From an uncultured Paenibacillaceae bacterium (GTDB taxonomy: Bacteria; Bacillota; Bacilli; Paenibacillales; Paenibacillaceae): DNA of 64,000 nucleotides. Shown piece after piece: positions 46,854 through 57,662 of this stretch; within the stretch, counting starts at the first letter, position 1, and every line of letters starts with the position of its first letter. The stretch lies in the NCBI GenBank assembly GCA_963793665.1, contig CAWCBD010000013.1, positions 97,670 through 161,669 on the forward strand, in the 5' to 3' direction. Made by a program: the position numbers and the translations under genes. The notes beneath the pieces are model-generated. The model was not told the DNA's origin, did not search any database, and saw only the letters and a list, made by a program, of their open reading frames with translations.

Positions 46854-47285
46854 TCACCCTCCTGTCAGGTGACGTATTGCTTTTGCCAGTTCTTCAGGCT
46901 CTTTGTTTTGTGTAGAAATAAGCTTTGGCGGCGAGAGCGGCTGGAATAACGATGGTTCGGCCTTTACTGCTATCGAACTTCCATCAAGCTGGCTTTTCAA
47001 TAGCTCATTCAATTCATTTGTCTCATCCGGCGTAGAGAAATCAACGCTGTTACCTTTTGACTCTGAAGCTTCAGCAGCAGCAATCTCTGCTAACATGGGG
47101 GAACTTGGCTGTAATATGACGGCAAGTAAGGCACGAAACAGATAGGCTAGCGCAAAAAAGGCAATAAATGCGTATACGCACCGAAAGGCGGTAACTTCCA
47201 GTCCATTGCTGCCAATCGAAAATAATAACGTTAGCACAACTCCGCATAAACTGAGCGTAACATTCCAGCGCCATGTTCCGATCAT
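46854..47285 (-). CDS. Hypothetical protein, two N-terminal TM helices plus an acidic tail
   Basis: Fills the cheD-sigD gap with 1-bp spacers on both sides; RBS AAGGAG inside the cheD 3' end. Confidence 0.8.
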   Translation of the reverse strand: MIGTWRWNVTLSLCGVVLTLLFSIGSNGLEVTAFRCVYAFIAFFALAYLFRALLAVILQPSSPMLAEIAAAEASESKGNSVDFSTPDETNELNELLKSQLDGSSIAVKAEPSLFQPLSPPKLISTQNKEPEELAKAIRHLTGG

Positions 47286-47286
47286 C

Positions 47287-47781
47287 TTAAATCTCCTTTA
47301 CTCCAAACTGAACGCTGCGAATATGAAGAACGCCAGTTTGACTATCAAGTTCAATCGTTCTTCCGTAGTTTCCGCCTGTGTCTTCAGAAGCGATCATAAT
47401 GGAGAACTTATTTAATATTTCTTTACAGGATTCTACATTGCGCGGCCCTATCCGCATCGTCTCGCTTTGCGATGCAAAAGCAAACATTTGAGCGCCACCG
47501 GCCATTTTCGCAATAAGTCGGCTTTCATTGGCACCCGCTTGCTTCATTCGCTCTATCAGATAAGGGATTGCGGTATCTGCGTACTTTGCAATATTAATAG
47601 AAGCTTCTCTAGTAATCTGTGAGGATGGCAGCATAACATGCGCCATACCGGCAATTTTGGACCGCTCATCGAACAGAGTTAAGCCCACACAAGACCCAAG
47701 TCCAGTTGTTTTGAGCACAGCTTTATCTGTTGCAATATTTAAATCTGCCATGCCCACTTTAACAACATTTTGCTGTATCAT
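47287..47781 (-). CDS. cheD: Chemoreceptor glutamine deamidase CheD
   Basis: TTGLGSCVG, AHVMLP, KYADTAI, AKMAGGAQMF, IGPRN, EDTGGNYGRTI. Confidence 0.96.
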   Translation of the reverse strand: MIQQNVVKVGMADLNIATDKAVLKTTGLGSCVGLTLFDERSKIAGMAHVMLPSSQITREASINIAKYADTAIPYLIERMKQAGANESRLIAKMAGGAQMFAFASQSETMRIGPRNVESCKEILNKFSIMIASEDTGGNYGRTIELDSQTGVLHIRSVQFGVKEI

Positions 47782-48398
47782 TCGTTTGGCACTCCCAAAG
47801 CGCTAAATATTTTATCAAACGATTCCGGATCCGGTATGAGGAAGAAATGACCTTCCAGCTCCTCCTGCCCTTCCATAAACGTGGTGTCAATTAATAGCGC
47901 AGAGTCTCCCATTTCACCATACTGCTCAAGGCCATAGCTCAAAATGGCGCCTGCCATATCGATCGTGATAGCGGGAACGGTTGGAGACATTGATAATTGT
48001 GTAAAATCTGCCAATGAAGATAAATAAGAACCAGCCAGTATGTTACCAATTTCAGCTATAGCAGAGAACTCCATCTCCGTATAGCCGGTTTCCGATTGCG
48101 TATCAATGGAAAGTAAACTGTTTAATAACTTTCTGGCTGATCCCTCTTCTATAATGAAAAACATGTTCCCCGGTGCATCGCCTTCAACGCGAAGGAATAC
48201 GGCAATGACGACCTTTTCAAAACCGCCTATTCGATCAGCGACTTGTTCAAAGGGTATCAAACGGACGGTTGGAACATTCATATCGACAGGCTTATCCAAA
48301 AGTCTAGAGAGCGCAGTTGCTGCATTACCAGCTCCAATATTGCCGACTTCTTTCAAAACGTCCATTTTGAATGCTTCAAGCTTGGCTAATGGGTTCAC
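47778..48398 (-). CDS. cheC: CheY-P phosphatase CheC
   Basis: DVLKEVGNIGAGNAATALS and SAIAEIGNILAGSY, the two CheC motifs. Confidence 0.96.
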   Translation of the reverse strand: MNPLAKLEAFKMDVLKEVGNIGAGNAATALSRLLDKPVDMNVPTVRLIPFEQVADRIGGFEKVVIAVFLRVEGDAPGNMFFIIEEGSARKLLNSLLSIDTQSETGYTEMEFSAIAEIGNILAGSYLSSLADFTQLSMSPTVPAITIDMAGAILSYGLEQYGEMGDSALLIDTTFMEGQEELEGHFFLIPDPESFDKIFSALGVPNE

Positions 48399-48401
48399 AA
48401 T

Positions 48402-48863
48402 TTAACCCTCTGCCTGTTCAAGCTGAATAATTTCACTTTTGTTCAATACTTCAGCTAAATTGAGCATGATGAGCAACCGGTCATCGCCGATTTTGGCAAC
48501 GCCGTGCAAATATTTAGCCTTAATGCCTCCTATAACTTCTGGAGGTGTATCGATACTATCCGAGTCGATATCAATTACGTCATTCGCAGCATCTACGATG
48601 AAACCAACCTCAAGATCATTTACAGCAACGATGATGATACGCGAGCTTTCTGTCGGCTCTGATTCAGGCAGGGCGAATCGGCCGCGTAAGTCTATAACCG
48701 GCAGTACGATTCCTCGTAAATTGATAACACCTTTAATGAATGCTGGCGTTTTCGGTACACGTGTAATTGGCATCATTCGTTCGATCGTACGGACTTTTTC
48801 TACTTCAATCCCGTATTCTTCGTTAGCAAGTCCAAATACGATAACCTTTAATTCCTCACCCAT
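48402..48863 (-). CDS. cheW: Chemotaxis coupling protein CheW
   Basis: ITRVPKTPAFIKGVINLRGIVLPVIDLR, VGFIVD. Confidence 0.97.
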   Translation of the reverse strand: MGEELKVIVFGLANEEYGIEVEKVRTIERMMPITRVPKTPAFIKGVINLRGIVLPVIDLRGRFALPESEPTESSRIIIVAVNDLEVGFIVDAANDVIDIDSDSIDTPPEVIGGIKAKYLHGVAKIGDDRLLIMLNLAEVLNKSEIIQLEQAEG

Positions 48864-48876
48864 GCGAAATCCCTCC

Positions 48877-50937
48877 TTATTTTATAAGAGCATTTGGATC
48901 AATAATTAATGCTACTTGTCCATCACCTAGAATTGTTGCTCCTGAGATGGCTTCGATGTTGGTTAAGTATTTGCCGAGCGGTTTCAATACAATTTCACTT
49001 TGACCAATGAATTCATCAACAGCTAAAGCTCCAAGCTTATCCCCTTTGCGAATGACAACTATTTCTGTTTCTGTATCCTCATTCTCATTAAATGAGTTTG
49101 ATTCCAGCACTTGACTGAGAGAAATGAGAGGAATGACCGAACCGCGATATTCAATCATCCGATTACCGTGAATCTTACGAATATGCTCATTACGGATAAT
49201 ACCTGTTTCTACGATTGATGAAAGCGGAATCGCATACTTCTCTGTCCCTAGCTTCACTAGCATAGCTGAAATGATAGATAGTGTTAGAGGCAATTGAATC
49301 GAAAACTTGGTTCCCTTACCTGGTTCCGACTCGACACTAACGTGACCGCCAAGCGTTGCAATTTTGGTCTTAACAACATCCAGGCCTACTCCTCGACCCG
49401 AGATATCAGAAATCTTATCTGCTGTACTGAAGCCTGCGGCAAAAATCAGCATGTTCACTTCACTATCTGTTAACCGGTTTGCCTCATCAGCTGAAACAAT
49501 ACCATTTTTGATTGCAATCTGTTTTACTTTCTCACGGTTAATACCTCGTCCGTCCTCTTGTACTTCAATAAAGACATGGTTGCCGCTGTGAAAAGCACGC
49601 AGATTAACGATGCCGGTTTCTGATTTGCCTGCTGCAATCCGCTCAGCCACTGGTTCAATACCGTGGTCTAATGAGTTACGAAGCAAATGCACAAGCGGGT
49701 CACCGATTTCATCAATTACGGTACGATCCAATTCGGTTTCAGCACCTGTAATAATTAAGTCGATTTTCTTGTCGAGCGACTTGGCAAGATCACGTACCAT
49801 TCGCGGGAAGCGGTTGAAGACAGACTCAACCGGCACCATCCGCAGCTTAAGTACGATACTTTGCAAATCACCGCTAACACGTGTCATATGTTCCACGGTT
49901 TCCGTTAAATCAGTGCGGCGAATTTCGCTCGCTAGCTGCTCTAGACGAACGCGATCGATCAACAATTCACTGAACAAGTTCATAAGCGCATCGAGCCTCT
50001 CGATATCGACACGAATCGTTCTTGAAGCAGCTCCACCTGCGGCGGCTGGAGCAGCGGCTGGAGCATTCGTTGTTTGTGCTTTTGCTGAAAATGCTTCTGT
50101 TGGTAATGGGGCAGCTAATGATGCAGCACTTGCTGGTTGACTGCTTATATTCGCATGTGCACAAAGCTGCGTTAATGTTTCCCGATCAAGAGGTGTGATA
50201 ACTGCAAGCTCAATTTCAGAAACCGATTCTATACCTTTCCGGAGCTCTTCTTCTGATATCGAGGAGATCGTGAAGACGGTAAAGGTACGGTCGAACTTCT
50301 CCTGCTCAATATCTTGTACACTCGGATGTGACTTAACGACCTCGCCATTCCGTTCCAAGAAATCAAATACCATATAAGCTCTTACTGCTCGGAGCATACA
50401 GTCTTCACGAACCGTAACGACAACATGGAATACGGAATGTCCGGATTCAATGGATTGAAGCAGGACCGAGGTTTGAAACTCATCCAGTACCACACCTCCT
50501 TGCGCGATGCCTCCGACAACGGGAGCTGCAGCATGCGGTGCTTCACCGGACTTGTAATCACTCTTAACAATCGCTTGGAGTGAAGTTACAATTGCAGATA
50601 CGTCAGCCTTTCCCGTACCTCCGTTGATAATATCTTGTACCATCGTCTCCAGTGCATCTAAACCTTTGAACAGCGTATCAAAAATAAAGCTGTCCATTTT
50701 GAGCTTATTATTGCGAACAAGGTCAAGCACATTTTCCATTTCATGCGTTAATGATGCAAGATCTTCAAATCCCATCGTTGCTGACATTCCTTTGAGCGTG
50801 TGAGCCGAGCGGAATATGACTTGTACGATACTTATATCTTCTGGGTCGCTTTCAAGCTTAAGCAAATTTTCATTAAGTGATTGTAGATGATCGTTAGATT
50901 CATCAATAAACATTGATAAATAGGCATTCATATCCAT
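48877..50937 (-). CDS. cheA: Chemotaxis histidine kinase CheA
   Basis: IFRSAHTLKGMS (Hpt), P2 domain, HLLRNSLDHGIE, DGRGI, GFST, SGRGVGLDVVK, C-terminal CheW domain. Confidence 0.98.
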   Translation of the reverse strand: MDMNAYLSMFIDESNDHLQSLNENLLKLESDPEDISIVQVIFRSAHTLKGMSATMGFEDLASLTHEMENVLDLVRNNKLKMDSFIFDTLFKGLDALETMVQDIINGGTGKADVSAIVTSLQAIVKSDYKSGEAPHAAAPVVGGIAQGGVVLDEFQTSVLLQSIESGHSVFHVVVTVREDCMLRAVRAYMVFDFLERNGEVVKSHPSVQDIEQEKFDRTFTVFTISSISEEELRKGIESVSEIELAVITPLDRETLTQLCAHANISSQPASAASLAAPLPTEAFSAKAQTTNAPAAAPAAAGGAASRTIRVDIERLDALMNLFSELLIDRVRLEQLASEIRRTDLTETVEHMTRVSGDLQSIVLKLRMVPVESVFNRFPRMVRDLAKSLDKKIDLIITGAETELDRTVIDEIGDPLVHLLRNSLDHGIEPVAERIAAGKSETGIVNLRAFHSGNHVFIEVQEDGRGINREKVKQIAIKNGIVSADEANRLTDSEVNMLIFAAGFSTADKISDISGRGVGLDVVKTKIATLGGHVSVESEPGKGTKFSIQLPLTLSIISAMLVKLGTEKYAIPLSSIVETGIIRNEHIRKIHGNRMIEYRGSVIPLISLSQVLESNSFNENEDTETEIVVIRKGDKLGALAVDEFIGQSEIVLKPLGKYLTNIEAISGATILGDGQVALIIDPNALIK

Positions 50938-50984
50938 TTCTCTGCACCTCCTGTTTGAATGGTTGCTATGCGATATATGATGCG

Positions 50985-52259
50985 TTATTTCATTACAGCT
51001 TGAATGAGTATGCCTGCTATTTGTTTGAGCGGAACGACCGACTTCGCCACTCCTGCTTCGACAGCTGATCTTGGCATCCCATAAACGACACAGGATTGTT
51101 CTGCTTCAGCAATAGCACTCTCTCCTCCGCTTTCATTAAGTGCCTTCATTCCTTTAACACCGTCACTTCCCATTCCGGTCATAATGACCGCATGGCGGCG
51201 TAACTCAGTGAAGGTCGTGCATGATTCAAACATGACATCGACCGATGGACGGTGACCGCTGCGCGGCGGTTCTTCTGTTAATCGTATGTAGTAGCCCAGT
51301 GGATCTTTGGCAAGTTCCAAATGGAACCCACCTGGTGCGATATAGACCATACCTGCATAGATGCGTTCACCATGAACAGCTTCTGTTACATGAACCGAAC
51401 TGAAAGCATCTAAACGCTGAGCCAGCGATTTTGTAAACTTCGGCGGCATATGCTGTACAACCAATACAGGTGCTGGAAGATTCGCTGGCAAGGAGGTAAT
51501 AACCTCATGTAGAGCACGAGGACCTCCAGTAGAAGTACCAATCGTTATCAAATGATGAAAGGTACTGATCTGCTTTGGTTTCTCTTTTGTCCGAAGCCCT
51601 TCTGGTTCCTGTTTATTCAATGGTTCAAACACAGGATATGGGCTCGGCTGCTTGCTTGCTTCTGGCTTGTCCTCCATTACCTCTATGCTTGGTAAAGGCT
51701 TTGCTGACTTTGCTGCAGACGGTCCAGTAACAGGTTTGGATTTTATCGTTTTATCCACTTGAAACGACTTAGGCGGCTTCTGCGGTAATACTTGTTTAGG
51801 TAGACGAGATTCGGGCTTGCCAGGTTTGTCTAAAGTTCGGAACATCGACGAGTTACGCCTTGTTAATACAGCAATTCTCATTTTTTCGAGAAGCTGCTCT
51901 CCTACCGTGTGAATATCTGGAGAGAGTGGTCCGGATGGCTTTCGTATGAAATCAAATGCGCCATTTTGCAGAGCCTTGATGGTTTCTCTCGTCCCATCAT
52001 CGCTGATGCTTGATAGCATAATGATCGGCGTTGGGTGGATTTGCATGATGCGGCCCAATGCCTCAAGCCCATTCAATTCGGGCATTTCAAGATCCATCGT
52101 AATAACATCTGGCTTCCATTCTTCCACAGCTTCTATTGCCTCTCGCCCGTTTTTGGCTGTTGCCACAATCTCAAACTGCGGGTCTGCTGTGATTAGATCA
52201 CAAATAATTTTACGCATAAAAGCGGAATCATCCACCACGAGCACGCGATGAGCGTTCAT
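50985..52259 (-). CDS. cheB: Chemotaxis methylesterase CheB with a long P/K-rich linker
   Basis: REC domain (VVDDSAFMR, TMDLEMP) and esterase (IGTSTGGP, VQHMP, RPSVDVMF, MTGMGSDG, VVYGMP). Confidence 0.97.
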   Translation of the reverse strand: MNAHRVLVVDDSAFMRKIICDLITADPQFEIVATAKNGREAIEAVEEWKPDVITMDLEMPELNGLEALGRIMQIHPTPIIMLSSISDDGTRETIKALQNGAFDFIRKPSGPLSPDIHTVGEQLLEKMRIAVLTRRNSSMFRTLDKPGKPESRLPKQVLPQKPPKSFQVDKTIKSKPVTGPSAAKSAKPLPSIEVMEDKPEASKQPSPYPVFEPLNKQEPEGLRTKEKPKQISTFHHLITIGTSTGGPRALHEVITSLPANLPAPVLVVQHMPPKFTKSLAQRLDAFSSVHVTEAVHGERIYAGMVYIAPGGFHLELAKDPLGYYIRLTEEPPRSGHRPSVDVMFESCTTFTELRRHAVIMTGMGSDGVKGMKALNESGGESAIAEAEQSCVVYGMPRSAVEAGVAKSVVPLKQIAGILIQAVMK

Positions 52260-52291
52260 AGGCGTCCCCCTCTCCCAACATTTCAAAAGGA

Positions 52292-53161
52292 TTAGTTAAT
52301 TAGTCTGAACATCTTATGCAGAAATCCTTTGACACCGCTATTAGCGGAGGCCGGAGCGGAAACGTCCGCGAAGCGTTTGGCTATATCCATCACTGACTTC
52401 GTTGCTTCTGAGCCAGGGAAGGCCAAGGAAAAAGGAATCTGCTTCTTAACCGCTTTGGTAACGTTAGGATCATCTGGTACAATTCCTACCACTGGAAGCG
52501 AAATACCTAGAAAACGCTCGGCTACTAAACTAATTTTATCCGCAGCGGCCTTGCCTTCCTTTTCATCCATGGCACGATTGATAACAAGCTTAAACTGAAC
52601 TTGATGTTCCATCGCCGTAACCATTTTGATAAGAGCATAAGCATCCGTTATAGAGGTTGGCTCTGGTGTCGTGACCACATAAGTTTCCTGAGCCGCCACT
52701 ATGAATTTAACCGTTTCCTTAGAAAGACCAGCACCTGTATCGAAAATAATGACATCATATTGTCCGTTAAGCCTTCCGATCTGTTCTTCAAAATAATCAA
52801 GTTCCGCTGAACTAAGGTCAAGCAGGTCCTTGAATCCTGAACCTCCCGCAATAAAATGAACACCGTTTGGTCCTTCTTGAATGATGTCCCATATCGTCTT
52901 TTGCTGCTTTAACAAATGATACAAATTATAAGGTGCGGCAATGCCCATCAAAACATCAATATTGGCCATTCCAATATCAGCATCAAATATCAACACTTTC
53001 AAACCAAGCTTTTGGAGTGATAATGAAAAGTTTAAGCTGAAATTGGATTTGCCGACTCCGCCTTTTCCACTCGTTACCGTGATGATTCTTGTCGTTTTGC
53101 CTTCACTCTTCTGTGACTGACTTCGAACCATATGGCGCAGTGCTTCCGCTTGGTCATTCAT
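52292..53161 (-). CDS. flhG: MinD-like ATPase FlhG/YlxH
   Basis: MNDQAEALR, TSGKGGVGKS, DADIGMAN, DTGAG, TTPEPTSITDAYALIK. Confidence 0.95.
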   Translation of the reverse strand: MNDQAEALRHMVRSQSQKSEGKTTRIITVTSGKGGVGKSNFSLNFSLSLQKLGLKVLIFDADIGMANIDVLMGIAAPYNLYHLLKQQKTIWDIIQEGPNGVHFIAGGSGFKDLLDLSSAELDYFEEQIGRLNGQYDVIIFDTGAGLSKETVKFIVAAQETYVVTTPEPTSITDAYALIKMVTAMEHQVQFKLVINRAMDEKEGKAAADKISLVAERFLGISLPVVGIVPDDPNVTKAVKKQIPFSLAFPGSEATKSVMDIAKRFADVSAPASANSGVKGFLHKMFRLIN

Positions 53162-54491
53162 TATCAACTGCCCCCAGTAATTGTAAGACATAGCTGTCTG
53201 ATTGGAATGGGGCAATATCATCAGGTACTGTCTGGCCATATGCGACGTAGGTTGGTTTTAATCCCTTCTCTAATGCGAGATTCAGGATTGCCCCGTAGGC
53301 ATTCGTTTCATCCTGCTTCGTGAAGAGAACTCTTTGAACTCCATAAACAGAGAACTGCTCAGCAACGGCTGACATGTCACTAAATTTGCCTGTTAAGCTT
53401 AATACAAGGTAGGTTTCAGATTCATTGCCTGATTGCAGTAAGCTGTTCACCTCTGAAACATAAAGCTCATTACGGAAGTTGCGGCCCGCTGTATCCATGA
53501 AGACAAGATCCTTCTCCTCTAACTGTCTGAATGCCCGAGAAACCTCGGATGGTGAAAATACGACTTCAAGCGGGACATTCAATATCGTCGCATAGGTTCG
53601 AAGCTGATCGACGGCTGCGATTCGATAAGTGTCAGATGTAATGAATCCGACCTTCCGTCCTGCTTTTAACGTTTGCTCAGCAGCAAGCTTCGCGATAGTT
53701 GTTGTTTTACCGACACCCGTTGGACCAACAAAATGTACGACCCGCGTGCTTCTACGGATCCCTTCGCCTTCAAAGCCTTTCATCCAATCCAATAAAATCA
53801 GTCTTGCCATTTCCCAAACCGCTTGTCGGGTGATTGCTTCATCTTTATTGTTATCAAGCTGCTCTTCAATTTGTTCAATAAGCTGCTCAATCCATTGGGA
53901 GTTGACTTCTTGTTCTTTAAGCCGGTCATGAAGGGCTTGAATCGGTTCTGACCAAGCTTTTACCTGCTGCTGCCTAGACATTTTGACAATCCATTGTTTC
54001 ATATCTCTAATTTCAGCCATCAAATCTTCATCATTCAATCGCTGCTTTTTCGGTTCATTAATCGGCTGCTCCTTCACAGGCGGAGGAGCTACTGCGACAG
54101 CACTTTCATTACTCCCAAGATAAGCCTGTCGAGAAGCCGCTGCTGTCGTAACGTATTGCTCTGTCTGTTCGATGGACTCCTTACGTGTTTGGGCATTACT
54201 TTTTATTGATGATGCAGCAGCGATTGCATTAATTCTTGCCAATGTAGCTGCTGTATCGTCTACCGGTTTTCTATCAACGGGCTGTGTTCGTGGAACCGGC
54301 TTGGACGGTTTAGCATTTCCGTTATTTTCAACAGCTGCTATAACCTCCATTTTCTTCTTGCCAAACATACCGAGAAACCCGCCAACCCGTATTTCTTTCG
54401 TACTTAATATGATCGCGTCTACTCCTAGGTCACTGCGTATCATGGGAAGTGCTTCAGGTAGTGCTTGAACAACATAGCGTTTTACCTTCAT
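53154..54491 (-). CDS. flhF: Flagellar SRP-type GTPase FlhF
   Basis: LGVDAIILS, VGPTGVGKTTTIAKLAA, DTYRIAAVDQL, DTAGRN, TKQDET. Confidence 0.97.
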   Translation of the reverse strand: MKVKRYVVQALPEALPMIRSDLGVDAIILSTKEIRVGGFLGMFGKKKMEVIAAVENNGNAKPSKPVPRTQPVDRKPVDDTAATLARINAIAAASSIKSNAQTRKESIEQTEQYVTTAAASRQAYLGSNESAVAVAPPPVKEQPINEPKKQRLNDEDLMAEIRDMKQWIVKMSRQQQVKAWSEPIQALHDRLKEQEVNSQWIEQLIEQIEEQLDNNKDEAITRQAVWEMARLILLDWMKGFEGEGIRRSTRVVHFVGPTGVGKTTTIAKLAAEQTLKAGRKVGFITSDTYRIAAVDQLRTYATILNVPLEVVFSPSEVSRAFRQLEEKDLVFMDTAGRNFRNELYVSEVNSLLQSGNESETYLVLSLTGKFSDMSAVAEQFSVYGVQRVLFTKQDETNAYGAILNLALEKGLKPTYVAYGQTVPDDIAPFQSDSYVLQLLGAVDNE

Positions 54492-56525
54492 AGATTAACC
54501 ACCCCGATACTTTGAACTTCGACGCTCGGCTCTAGCTCGCTGTAGGAGAGCACAGGTACGTCTTGCATCGTCCGTTCCACAAGCTGTCTAAGATACATCC
54601 GAATGGTTGGTGAGGCAAGTACAATCGGCTGATTACCGGATTGAATTTGCTTCTTCACTTGTTCGGTTATTTTTTGATAGATCGTTTGTGTCGCGACCGG
54701 ATCAAGGGCTAGATAGCTGCCTTGATCAGATCTGCTGTACGGATTCTGCAATTTTCTTCTCCAATGCGGGGCCAACCGTAATAACTCGAAGCGTGTCCCC
54801 ATTTTGTGAAAATTGCTGTGTAATTTGTCTGGACAATGACTGCCTTACATATTCAGTCAAAATATCAGTGTCTTTTGAATAATTGCCATGATCGGCTAAT
54901 GTTTCGAATATCGTCACCATATCGCGAATCGATATCTTTTCACGAAGCAGCTTAGCCAATACTTTCTGAATGTCTCCAATCGAAAGAATCGAAGGAATGA
55001 GATCATCCACAAGTGCAGGGTACGATTCTCTGACATTTTCGACAAGCGCTTTAGCCTCTTGGCGGCCGATAAGCTCATGAGCATGACGTTTAATAATTTC
55101 AGTTAAATGTGTTGCAACGACAGACGGAGGATCAACGACTGTGTAGCCCGCTAATTCTGCACGATCCTTCAGTCGGTTCATCAATCCAAATGGCCGGTAA
55201 CCCGAATGCAGGCTCAATGGTTTCAATCCCTACAACACCTTCATCATCAAATCCAGGACTCATCGCCAAATAGTGATTGAGCAGCAGCTCCCCTCGAGCT
55301 ACTGTGTTCCCTTTAATCTTGATCACATATTCATTGGGTTTTAATTGGATATTATCTCGGATCCGAATAACAGGAACGACAAGTCCCAGCTCCAGTGCAC
55401 ATTGTCTACGAATCATGATGATACGGTCCAGTAAATCTCCCCCCTGCTGAGTATCTGCCAGCGGGATAAGACCATAACCAAATTCGAATTCGATCGGATC
55501 GACTTGCAGTAGGCTGATAACACTCTCTGGACTTCGAACCTCTTCGATCTGCTGCTCTTCCACTAGCATTTCTTCCTCTATCTGCTGCTTGTTTAACGTT
55601 TTTTGCATTCGAGTCCCTGCTACCACTAGCACGATAGCAAATGGAAGAGTAGCGATTGGCCCAATTGGAGTCCCAAGCCCAAGCAATGCAATGGTTCCTG
55701 CTACGATATATAGCAGTTTCGGATAACGAAACAGCTGATTGGTAATATCATGAGCCAAATTACCATCAGAAGCTGCGCGGGTAACGATCAAACCAGTTGC
55801 AGTAGAGATAAGCAGTGCTGGTATCTGACTTACAAGTCCATCACCAATCGTCAGGACAGAGAATGTTTGAAGAGATTCTGTGAAATGACATTCCATGGAC
55901 GGACCATCCCGATAACAAATCCGCCTAGTAAATTAATGATAAGAATAATGATAGATGCGATTGCATCACCTTTAACAAACTTACTGGCACCATCCATCGA
56001 GCCATAAAAATCTGCTTCACGTTCAATTTTGAGGCGGCGCTCCCTTGCTTGCTGTTCGTTAATGAGTCCGGCGTTTAAATCAGCATCGATACTCATCTGT
56101 TTACCTGGCATCGCATCGAGTGTAAATCTAGCTGCCACCTCGGCTACCCGCTCAGAACCTTTCGTAATAACGATGAACTGAACAACGACCAGAATAAGAA
56201 ATACGACAAACCCAATAGCAATTTGTCCACCGGCTACCCAATTACCGAATGTTTCAACGACTTTCCCAGCTTCTCCGCGTGACAGGATATTTCTAGTGGT
56301 CGAAACATTCAGTGATAGTCGGAAAAGTGTGGTAATAAGCAGTAAGGATGGAAATATGGAGAATTGTAAAGCATCCTTCGTATTCATTGAAATAAGTAAA
56401 ATCATAAGCGCCGCGGAGATGTTAACTATAAGCAGCACGTCCATTAACCCGACAGGTATCGGAATAACCATCATAAGCACAATGCCGATGATCCCGATAA
56501 GTATGGTCAGGTCCTTAACCTTCAT
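54488..56525 (-). CDS. flhA: Flagellar export gate protein FlhA; indels near 55890, 55175 and 54730
   Basis: [66 protein letters not shown]. Confidence 0.96.
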
Positions 56526-56557
56526 GACGTTACCTCCCCCACTGATTCGCAAAATGA

Positions 56558-57649
56558 TTATTTTGCTTTACCTTTGATCTTATATACATATGCCAATACT
56601 TCTGCCACAGCTTGGAACAAGTCAGCGGGAACGGTATCACCGATCTCCGCCCTTTCGTATAACGCTCTGGCGAGCGGCTTGTTTTCCATTGTAATAACGC
56701 CGTGTTCTTTTGCCACTTCTCTAATACGAAGAGCAACATAATCCATTCCCTTAGCAATGACTGTTGGTGCCTCCATTTTCGAACCATCATACTGCAATGC
56801 TATTGCGAAGTGGGTCGGGTTTGTAATAATAACATCAGCTTTAGGTACCTCTTGCATCATCCGCTGCAGGGCCATTCGTCGTTGACGCTCCCTGATCTTC
56901 CCTTTGATAAGAGGGTCCCCTTCTGACTTCTTGTACTCGTCTTTTATGTCCTGCTTGGACATTTTCAAACTTTTCTCATGCTCGAAGCGCTGATAGGCAT
57001 AGTCGCCAACCGCAAGGACAACAAGTATGACACCAATTTCTATTCCAAGCTTTATGGTGATACTTGCTATGAAACTGAACATCTGATCGACTGGTATGGA
57101 AGCAAGCTGCATGATTTGGGCTCGTTCGTGCCAAATCGTCAAGTAAACGATATAACCAATAACGATAAGCTTCGTAATATTTTTAACAAATTCGACTAAA
57201 GACCGCATAGAGAAAATCTGTTTAAAGCCTTTTAACGGATTCACTTTGTTCAGGTTCATCTTTAACGATTCTCCGGTAAACAAAATTCCGATTTGCAAAT
57301 AGTTCCCAAGCAGTGCGACAACAACGGTCATAATAAAGATTGGCGCTAATAATATAAAGCCTTGCATCATCATGTCTGAAAACAACGTGAGTATATTGCC
57401 AGTTGTCATCTCCATCGTCAGCTTCTGTTCGAAGATCAGTCCAAACATTCGAATCAGCCGTTCTTTATAATAGCCGCCAAGCATGATAAAGCTAAAGAAG
57501 CCAAACAATAAAATAAATGCCCCTGGAAGCTCCTGACTCTTCGCAACCTGCCCTTTATTTCTAGCTTCTTGCCGTTTCTTAGGTGTTGCACGCTCTGTCT
57601 TTTCTTGAGAAAACATCTGCAGATCGAGCGTCCAACGATATGATCGCAT
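56558..57649 (-). CDS. flhB: Flagellar export protein FlhB
   Basis: [32 protein letters not shown] autocleavage motif, [10 protein letters not shown]. Confidence 0.97.
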   Translation of the reverse strand: MRSYRWTLDLQMFSQEKTERATPKKRQEARNKGQVAKSQELPGAFILLFGFFSFIMLGGYYKERLIRMFGLIFEQKLTMEMTTGNILTLFSDMMMQGFILLAPIFIMTVVVALLGNYLQIGILFTGESLKMNLNKVNPLKGFKQIFSMRSLVEFVKNITKLIVIGYIVYLTIWHERAQIMQLASIPVDQMFSFIASITIKLGIEIGVILVVLAVGDYAYQRFEHEKSLKMSKQDIKDEYKKSEGDPLIKGKIRERQRRMALQRMMQEVPKADVIITNPTHFAIALQYDGSKMEAPTVIAKGMDYVALRIREVAKEHGVITMENKPLARALYERAEIGDTVPADLFQAVAEVLAYVYKIKGKAK

Positions 57650-57662
57650 CAGCGAAGCCCTC

